Assembly (NCBI GenBank): GCA_002633005.1
Contig: NMRA01000768.1
Coordinates: forward strand, 1-33,201
Length of the DNA: 33,201 nucleotides
Direction: 5' to 3'
Source: Phoronis australis
Lineage: Eukaryota > Animalia > Phoronida
The notes beneath the pieces were generated by a model that worked only from the letters and a program-made list of their open reading frames with translations, did no database searches and had not been told where the DNA came from. A program made the position numbers and the translations under genes. Of the stretch, positions 1-10,100 are shown in pieces (within the stretch, counting starts at the first letter, position 1; each line of letters begins with the position of its first letter).

Positions 1-230
1 TGACAAAAGAGGAAAAAATTCCAGGTGATGTATATTTCCACAAATATGCTTGTGTGATAGAAATATTTTTGTAGTAAATTCTAAAATTTTACTGAAATAA
101 AATTTTTGCATGAATAAAATCAAAATAATGGTAATAACAGACGAAGAAAGTGGAAACTGGAAATCAAAAAAGAGGAAATTTAAGTAAAAAACTAGAAAAT
201 ACTCTTAAAAGAGGACAATTCCAAGCCCTG
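1..230. mobile_element. Right end of a probable hAT-like non-autonomous element (continues off window)
   Basis: Ends TTCCAAGCCCTG (reverse CAGGGCTTGGAA, a CAGGG-type hAT terminus) and has repeated AAAAGAGGA subterminal motifs. The other end is not in the window. Confidence 0.35.
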
Positions 231-3072
231 TTGTCTTGCTTAGGAGGGAGGTACTTAATCACACATGTAGAAAACTAAACATTTCCCCAAGACATTAACA
301 TGGCGAAGCCGTTTGCTGCCATAATGCCGATTTCCAGTCATTTTTGACTATTTTAAAACATAATTAGCCATCACAAGGAAACAGTATTTTGTCTGATTAC
401 AGTCGTCATGTACTGTACTTTCATTCTGATCAAGTGGGACTGAATGTTTTTAGTGGATAAGAATATGTCCAAAAATTACCCAGCTCCTTTGGAGCACGGC
501 CACAAACCAGTTCATGTACATTTCATTTGATGCAACTGACCAACTGGCTACTTTGCACGGCGAGGTTTACTTTTCTTTTACTTCATGTATTGAAGTTGGC
601 ATCCTTATTTTTCAACAGCACACCACTTATGTGATTTCGGTTGTTCACGCGTCTTGCCAACAATTTGAAACAAAACTATTTCTGTTGGAAAGTATTGGTG
701 ATTGGCACAACTAGTTAAATGTGCTCTGGGCATCAAACACGAGAGAATTCTGAGAAATTATAATCATTTATTGTTCTGTGATGCAATATTACAAAACAAA
801 TTTCACATTGCAGTTTGACAAAGTCCTTCAACTACAAGAAATATGACTTTACTTATCTGTCACTTGATCATGCTATTGATGCCAATCATAAAAAGCTGGC
901 TTCCGTCCGCTAACTACACTATCTTTGTAGCAACACTAGACTTCAATTCCCAAATGTGAAAGGCAGTTAATGGCAATTTAAAAAAACCTTGAACCGAAAC
1001 TACAAAATTTGGCTCCATGTGAGAAACAACTCTTAGAAGCAAATTCTCTACTCTCTACTTTCCAAGTCTAAAAATCACTGGCACGATTATTGTCTCAGTT
1101 CACAGCTAATGTAAACATCCGATATGGTTGTGCAAAAACACGGACTATCTACCTAATCTGCCATTTCTACTTCACATCTATAAACTGACAACCAATTATA
1201 TTCTCGCTACTAAATTACCAGGTGATAAGACTGCAAATGAGATTCGGACTGAGGTGATGTGGATGTTATGCACAAATGAAGCAGTTAAGTACAATCTATC
1301 ACACAGTTAAGCAGGGAACTTTATCAACCTACACAGTTGACCAGGTTGCTAGCGCAGCATGTACCACGAATGCCAAAAATGATCGGACAAAATTCCGTCG
1401 AGTGTCACGACGTCGTAGATCTAGTCATTCCAACTACTCTTCAAGTGCGTTACGGTAGCACTGAGCCGCCACAACAAAGAATTTCACTCGCTGACATTCA
1501 TCATGATGGAGTTTCCAATCATTTTTGGATTATTTTGGAACGTACTGTATTACAGTAAAATATCTTCAGTTTAGGACACAGGATCTACAGGGTAAATTTT
1601 AGTTCATTTTTCTGAGCAACAGGTGTCGCACAAAATTCAATGGTTTCCATATTCACGTTCTGTACCACAGCTGCCACCAGACTTGAAAGATTGTGCGCAT
1701 ACGGTAAAACATTAGATCTGGAAAATGATAAAGGGGAAATTTTGGCAAATTACTTTTGTCCAAAATTGGCAAGATTTTACCGCACCAAAACTGCATTTTC
1801 TATAGGATATATAAAAAGACCTTAACAGGTCATACACCAACAGACACTTAGAAAGAGACAAGACGTAGCGTAAAAATATTTCCAAGAAGAGGCACTCGGT
1901 ACGTTTAATCAAGATGGACCAGAAAACCAAAATAAGTGTCTATCAATGTTCTCGTCGTAAATAAATCAAAACTCTGCCTACGTAGATAAACACATTTGGT
2001 TTTCAACTTAAATGCTTGATTACATATGGAAAAAATTATGTTTTACACATGAAAATAAATCCAACTTTGAATACAAAAATAAACTCAATCAATATGGAAT
2101 CATTAGAACTGATTACGATCCAACAGCTCAGCTATATCGATTTGATGTTGATCATAATCAAACAGTACACAGCATCCTTCATTGAAAAAAGGCCCTCACT
2201 GGAAGGATATCAAATTTACCATCAAGTCTAAGTTTAAGGTGCCTACCTCTCAATACTCCATGAATATGTAAGTTCTGATGCTAGCTACCTAGTGAATCAC
2301 TAATGAACTATTTGCCTTCAAATCATAACCTAAAAATTACAATACTCGCTTGGATAACTTCCACCAATAAAATTTCCTAATTTTAAATGCTCGCGTTCAA
2401 CGTAGCACCGCCCACCCAGCTCATTATGACCAAGACTTCCTAAAGGTGTCCATGTCTTTGGGAACTCTCATCGCACCAGGTCATAAAATGCATGACCTAC
2501 ATGAGACAAACAATCAGTTCCAACCAAAAGCACCTTATTCATGCTGTACAATTTCCACTTTTCAATAGACAAAATCAAAATCCAGCTCAGATGTTTTTCA
2601 CTTTTTTAAATCCTCTACAAACCAATTGTAAACAAGAAAAAAGGAATCCTAAGACCCTTGTCCTAGCTCATCTGAACTGTGGGAAATGCCTTTGCACGAT
2701 AGAATCAACTGCAGGGGTAAATACCCAAAAAGTTGCCCATGCTTGGCTCACAGACCCCTGATTTTTGAATATCGCAGTAGAAGTGTCCTGGGCATTGATC
2801 CAGACAAATTCAATAAATGATTTACTGTGATTCAAATGAACACCACACAAGTGACATATATAAACAAGATTCTAGAATGAAGTTTTGATTCAGCTACCAT
2901 GATTGCGAAACAGAACGACAACATTTTGAAAACTCCGACACCGTCTAGGTTAAAAAACTGGAGGACTTTGGGTGGCTTATTAAAAGTTCCATTTGCATAT
3001 CTATTAATCTTGTTAGCAAAAAATCGTTAAATGCCACAACTGAGTACATCATTTGCGCAGATTAACGGTATG

Positions 3073-3167
3073 GTCTGACATAACATGCCCAAACTTTGAG
3101 AACAGTTATCTCCACTGAGTAACAGGCATCAAACTGGTTCTCAAAATACAGGCACGTTATATCAGAC
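3073..3167. repeat. Palindromic (fold-back) interspersed repeat core, copy 1
   Basis: GTCTGACATAACATGCC..TTTGAGAAC.AGTT is inverted against AACTGGTTCTCAAA..GGCACGTTATATCAGAC; a close second copy lies at 25247-25342. Confidence 0.7.
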
Positions 3168-3695
3168 TGTTGCTCAGATAAAATGCATAAACATCTGAAA
3201 AATGCGATTGGAAAGGAAATTCGGGAGACAGTGCTCTTTTTCAGCATAAAAATTTGTATAAAACAATTTTCAAGGCGCTTCAAGGAGTGACTAACAAAAT
3301 AAATGGTTCACAAATACAAGATCAGGAATGTCTAGTCAACAGTGCGAACTCTCCTTAACGATTGCAACAAGGGCAGTATTTTTCTTAGTTTAGTACAAAT
3401 TTATAAAAGCCATAGACCAAACTAACTCACAGCAATAAAATTACACGGTCAACTTGCGAGTGCATCATAAAAATAATCAACTCATAAGCGATACAAATCT
3501 TTTTCAAAATGGAAAGCTACAAAAGAATGCTTTTCACTCGATCTACCGACAAAAAATTATTGTCCTCTTAAATTTCATTCTAAGCCAAATCAAAGGTAAT
3601 TTGACGGAAAAAAAATGATGTGGACCTGCCCACTAGTTATCAAAGGAAGAGTGACGAAAGATAAGGATGGCATAAAAACACCCAAGCTTTTGTTG

Positions 3696-3818
3696 ATCAG
3701 TAAGACCAACAAAACCACCCACCAAGCCTTGGTCGGCCAATCAGTCAAGCCAACAAAACCACCCACCAAGAATTGGTCGGCCAATCAGTCAAGCCAACAA
3801 AACCACCCACCAAACCTT
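3696..3818. repeat. 44-bp tandem repeat, about 2.7 copies
   Basis: Unit AATCAGTCAAGCCAACAAAACCACCCACCAAG(cc/aa)TTGGTCGGCC. Confidence 0.9.
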
Positions 3819-4091
3819 ATTTGCAGAAGAACATAAAATGTCATTAGTTGGCTTTTTGCTGAATCAAATGGCTGAATGAGGCTACACAAACATAAGCACG
3901 AGACTAGAACTGGAACAAACCAATAATCAGTGGTTACTTGCGTTTTAACCTCAAAATAAATGATATCGATGATTACCACCGGGAACCGTCTTCAGGCACG
4001 GACACTACTGGCTCATAGGATGAGGTATGTTTTGATGCAATAGCAAGAGTCACTTCCTCTCTATTTCCTAATTGTAGCATGTGACAATACT

Positions 4092-4198
4092 TCATTCCGT
4101 TCCAAAGTACTTCATTCCAAAGTGATTGGGCGCCACTGGGTGAACTTCTGAGGTCAGAATTTTGACCTCGGGAAATGTCTTGAGAAGAGTCTTCACAC
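4092..4198 (-). CDS. UPRT: UPRT coding exon 7 (last, ends in TGA)
   Basis: tacag|(S)VKTLLKTFPEVKILTSEVHPVAPNHFGMKYFGTE*. Confidence 0.94.
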
Positions 4199-7100
4199 CT
4201 GTAATTAGCGACACATCGTCTTAGCACACCTGTGCAATTACCGGTCAAACAAATTAGGTCTCTTTGACACTTATAACTTTTGTAAGTCACCTATTTCGGA
4301 AAGGAAAGTCGTTGTAGTATGGAAATGTTTGAGATATCTTGTGAGAAGTCGAGTGAACTGGTTTAACCCATTTTAGGGGGTGAGCAAGAAGGAAATGCCC
4401 CTTTAAGACAAACACTTACTCATGGGTGTGGCAAACAGATTGAGAAGAATAACATTGTCAGGTTTTACACCATGCTCCTCTAGCACTTTGATTGCCGTGA
4501 CAACGGTGTTCCCAGAACCTGAAAGTCATAAAGTATACACTGCCATCAGTCTCAGCCAGTAAAGAGAGGCAAATTCGAGTACTTAACATCAAACAAGTTT
4601 AGCAGCGAAGATGGTAAAGGTTTTCGGTGTTAGTTTTACAATACAATTAAAATACTGATCAAAAAAGGCAGAACTACCAAAAATCGGTAAATGCACAATT
4701 CGTAGCTCTGAACGTACCCTGTGAAAATCAGTAAAAGGTCCACATTCCGAAAAATTCCAGCCCCCCATTTTTAGGCTGGGTGCGCGCATGACACCGACCT
4801 ACTACAGCTGCCAGTGTATCGTTTTCAAAACTAGGCCGACTGGGTAAGTGTCCTTGAAAAGCCACAAACAACAACATAAAATTCCTCCTCAAACAACAAG
4901 AAGTGTGAACATGCAGAATAAGTAAAAAATTATACGGTCCGTTCAAATAAATCCATTTGTTATGGCGATCAATTTTCTCCACAGGAATGTTTTTTTAGGA
5001 ATGTTGTTTACCAAAACAACGAAACACTCGTTGACCGATTACATATTTAGTCATTTGTAGTAAAAATGTTCACTAATTTTCAATTCATAGCAAAGCAAAA
5101 AATGTCTTTGTGACTATTGGTACCTTATTAGTCTTCTTTTTAGAATATAACTTGCCAAGCACTTCATTTTGTATTTTGAGACAAGTAACAACAGTGTAGA
5201 GATGCCAGTACATTGGAGAGTGCAGTTAAATAAGAATGGCAATTCCTAGTTATATAGCCTGAATTTTCATTGACAATAACTGTAAATTATTTTCCATGTG
5301 AAATGTGGAAAAGTAGTTCTTCCATATTTCACTGTTGGATAACAGGTATTGCATAGCCGTAGTCATGAATGTATGATAGTTGTTTATAAAGGGTGTTAAT
5401 AAGTATAAACGGTGTTTATAAATATAAACGGTGTTTATAAATGAAGAATTTAGCCAAACATCGACAATACTACAGATTTAGCTCAGTGTAAGTATTTATT
5501 TTCTGAGAGAAGAGAGTCTATAGAATTTGATTTTCAATTTTATACCAATCTGGTACTACGTGACCATGTCTTTTCAGTAAAATTTAGCAAAAATGAAAAG
5601 TACACTGATAACAAAATAGGGGTATCAAAAACATGACCAAATTTTGTTTGAAATAAACGTACAAGATGGAATCTCAAGAATTATGTTAGAACAATTTTCT
5701 AAACAACCATTTCGTTTTCATTATATGCCAATTTCGAGCTTTTTCATATCAATCATAAAAGTCCTATTTTTTGATAGCCCCTCATACAAAAGTGAAAATT
5801 TTTAAAAACAATTCCTGTCAGCGTGACTGAGAACAGTGCAGAAAGTGTGGTCAATAGTGGCAATCTGATGGCAAAAAGGTCAAAAAGAATTTAAAAAAGA
5901 AACGCTGGAAAACACCCCACGGCATTAAACGAATACAAGAATGCAAAGCTCTGCCCACCAATTACACTATCGCCATCTAGTGTCAAGGCATATTTCATGA
6001 TTAGATGGCTATATCGGATGATGGCTATTAGAGAAAGCTTACCAGCATTACAATATTCCTTTGATACTAAAACAGCTAAAACAATTTTAAGACGATGTCA
6101 CCTTATAAATACAGAGCTGAACACGCTAAAGAAATCTGAATCAATTCTCCAAATCTTAGTAACCAAAAATTCATAGCTCAACATAACATCACACCACTGG
6201 TAGAATGAAATTTGGCGAATACCAAATTGGGAAGAGAAACCTATGCTTGAAGTAATTCAAAAACACAAAACAACAAACAGGGGAAATTATTAAACATAGG
6301 TTAATCAGCATTTTCATGAACAAAATAGCACAACATTTTACTTACCAGCTATAAGAAACAAAGTCAAAAGGTGTGTTAGTATGCCAACATAATGTGTACC
6401 AATAGTGCGGAGAATGCCGAAACTTAACAACAGTGAAATTTAATGTCCCCTCATGCGGGTTGGCAATGTCCCCTTCTGTGGATAGGCAATGTCCCCTTCT
6501 GTGGATAGGCAATATCCCCTTCTGTGGATAGGCAATGTCCCCTTCTGTGGGTAGGCAATCTTCCCTCTTACAAACTGAATGGTTGCTTTTACCAAGTGTT
6601 CTTTTCTCGTGAACACATTTCTTTCCCAGAAAGCGGTATTTTTTTTTCTTGCGCCATTAATCCTTTTCTCAAACTGGATGCGAGAAAAGAGCAGTGTTCA
6701 TACAAAACCAATTGTGGGTGGTGAGAACTATTAAACAGCTCGTCAGTACATGAATAAGAGCAACAAAGAGCGTTGATGTGTGCGCATCGTGTGCATCGCA
6801 TACACCACAGATTTCAGCGATTATTATTTTGAATATTCTCACAATACAACCTTGTCACCAGGAGATGCCATAGCAGTCGAATTCAACGTCACCCATACTC
6901 TTTTCAATTGAAACATATATACAACATTTCAAGATAACACAATCAAGAACTTGGTACTTCATAAGTAAGTTTTTCGAAAGTTTGATCAGCATGCCATGAG
7001 AAATGTAGGAGTTGCGCACAGAAGAATATTTCCCTAAATGCTTGCGAGGAAATCAAGAACGGGCTATTATTCAAGAAACACAGTCAGATTGCAAAATGTT

Positions 7101-10100
7101 GACAATACGGGTTATGGCACTTCGTAGGTATAGTTTTTTGAAAGTTTGGTAGACATCAGAAGGGATATGCAGAAGGAACTGATCAAAGACGTTTCACTGA
7201 TTAACATTAAATAATTAAAATTGTCACTAGGGGTCACGCTGGTAGTAGAAATGGTCCATTCAAAAATTCGCTCATGCTGTCCCATCCATGATAGGAACAC
7301 ATCTGCAAAATGTCAACGAACATTTCCCCAAAAATGTGGATGCACAGAAAGTAAATAGAATTAGTCAATAGGATACTGAAAGCAAGACTCCAACGTAACC
7401 CTAATGATGTTCATCCTGTAGACAAAACTAACTACAAGTACTTTAAAATACCCTATGTTGGGTTTTACGCCAAGATTGCTCAATGAAAACTCAACAAATT
7501 GGTGAATTATTACTATGTGAACTTAAGAGTTGTATTAACATTCAAGTCTCTAAAATTGTCGAATTTATTTAACCCTAAGCACACTATTTCTAATTCTGTG
7601 CTGGATGTGGCTCCAGTTATATAGGCGAAACTGTTCGCCATTTGAAAACCAGGACCAAGGAAAATCTAAATTCCGACAGAAATTCACATCTAAATATTCA
7701 CCTACAGAGCTGCAATCCTTGTTATCAGCAATGCTCTTTCAATGACTTTGCAGTAATAGACCAGGCAATAACAACAAAGGAGCTTAAAATTCCTGAGGCT
7801 TTACACATCAGTTGGTGCAAGCCCAATCTCAATAGGCAACTGACACACCACAGGTTGTCATTGTTCGTCTAGTTCATTGTCACTCCCTGTAACTGACTGA
7901 ATCAGAGCTTCATTACTTGTTGCTGGGCCTAGCTAGGTGGCTACTGTATTCTCACTTCTGAAGATGGTGTTAAATAAATGACACCGAAACAAGTCAAGTC
8001 AAGTCTTAAAACCGTTGTTGTTTTCTTTAAAGTAAATATAACTAATGGGAAAGAACTGCTTTCACAAGATAAGTAAGCTGTTGCTAAGTAAGCTGCTGCT
8101 AAGTAAGCTGTTGCTAAGAATGCCTGTGCATTTCATACCGACACGAAACTGACTGACCACAAATGCCCTTTCGGTTTCAAAGTCAATTAAGATTTAAGTA
8201 CCCTAGGAAAATGTCCAAATTTGGTTAACTTCTAAACATCCTATCTCAGAAATGTCTGATCGGATTCAAATGAAACTTTCAGACATTATGCTTTATGCAC
8301 TGTTCTGCAAAACACTGTAAGAAAAATTTTTTAAGACGTTGCACTTTTGCCGAACCTCTATCATTTTCATGAAAAAATCAGAAATTTGCAAAAAGCAATA
8401 ATAATTTAGAAAACTAGTGTCTTTCAGACTTCAACCAACGAATTTTGGTCACGTTATCGACACAACCGTTTTGCTATCAACGTACCTTTCATTTTTGCTA
8501 AAATTTCCATAAAAAACATTAGTCACATGACTCAATGAATGACAGATTGCTAAAAAGTCCAAAATTGAATTCTTCTACTGTCAGAAAACGTATACTTTTG
8601 CCCATTTACAATTCAGTTTTGCTAAATACACACACTTTGACTTATCAAGAAGGTCACTCTATACCGCCACAGCCTTTCAACAAAACCAGGGCCCGGTCTC
8701 CAATCTTTTTACTTGAAATGGAACTCGAAATTAGGTTTGGCAATTTCTACTCTACTTTTGGGCGAACTCAAGATAAGTGTCTATTGTTCTATGCTCGAGT
8801 ACACAATAACTTACGTAGATAATTTATTGCCCTTAGTTCACAGTTTGTAAACCCAATATTAAAGCAATAAGTTCGAGTTTGAACTCGAAATTTCGAGTTT
8901 TTACTCGAGTTTGCAGCACGAATATAAAGGTCTTCAAGGGCAAACCTGAACTAGAAACTCCTATGCATAAACTATAATGTATTCGAGCACAGTCTGATAA
9001 CCAATTATCTTAAGTTCGCACAAAAGGAGCAGAGAAATTGCCAAAAATAGTTTCGAGTTCGTTTCGAGTACAAAGATTAGAGACCGGGCCCAGGTCTTCA
9101 GTATCACTTTCCATTCTTTGTCACGTTTTACGCTAAACTCCCTGCTCATCATACTCCTTCAGGATGATGACTTCACACAACATGGCAGAAAAGTGGAATT
9201 TTATATTTTCGAATTTCTCAAAAAAATAGATACGTAACTATTAACAAACTTTGTATTGTACGCTATCGCCATAAGAACATGGTAATATTTTGAGATCTTT
9301 CGGCAATATAGTAAGGCTTTGAGAAACTGTAGAAAATATAGTTTTGGCAATTCTTACAGAAACTACTGTAATGGTAACAGACTATGACTCTTAACAGTAA
9401 TCGTAGTAACACCCAGACTTACTCATAATGGGATACATCAGCAGCACCTTCCGCAGGTGGACATCCACAGGGAATTTGGCGTAGAACACCTTTGTGGAGT
9501 GCGTTTCTTCGTCGCTCTGAATGAGAATCTTGCCTATGCGAATGGAGCGGCAACAGTCACGTAGACCCTGCTCCATGGCCTCCCCTGCGTGCCATGAAAT
9601 TTAGTGTTAGAGAAATTTCTGAAACCAGCTCAAGGATTGGTGCTTGGAAAAAAATTCCACCTGTCAGTGAGCTTTATTTTGGCACCAGCACAATAATTTT
9701 CAACAAACAGTGATGAGGGAGAGTCAAGGTTATATAAAGTTTGAAAAAGCCTAACAACTGTTCCATCTAGTGATCATTTGCTTGTGAAGGTGGCTGCTGT
9801 TGGCCAGGCTTTCTCATGAAACACAATCACACTGACCATAACCGAAAGTGACTGGTAGTGGACCAAACAGTTGAAGGAGTAGCAACAGGTACAAAACTGC
9901 AGCGAAAATCAGACTGAAAGAGGGCGCTACTTACCACTACGCATTATACTGACACCACAGTTTCCTTTTTCGTACTTCAGCCCTTCATATTTGTACCCTA
10001 GCCAAAACCAAAAAATAACATGAACCTTCCCATTAACAGACAAACGAACATATTCTCTATTATAGAAACAGTTAGGAAAAAAAAGAACAAAGAGAACAAC

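Noticed and set aside
500-2900. Possible exons of a third gene among the short ORFs
   Set aside because: No recognisable protein motifs or consistent splice-phase chain could be found
3973-4290. 105-aa minus-strand ORF
   Set aside because: It overlaps UPRT exon 7 in a different frame and has no recognisable protein
6442-6566. CRISPR-like array (also considered for 3696-3818 and 8070-8118)
   Set aside because: Units are contiguous with no unique spacers, there are no cas genes, and the context is eukaryotic
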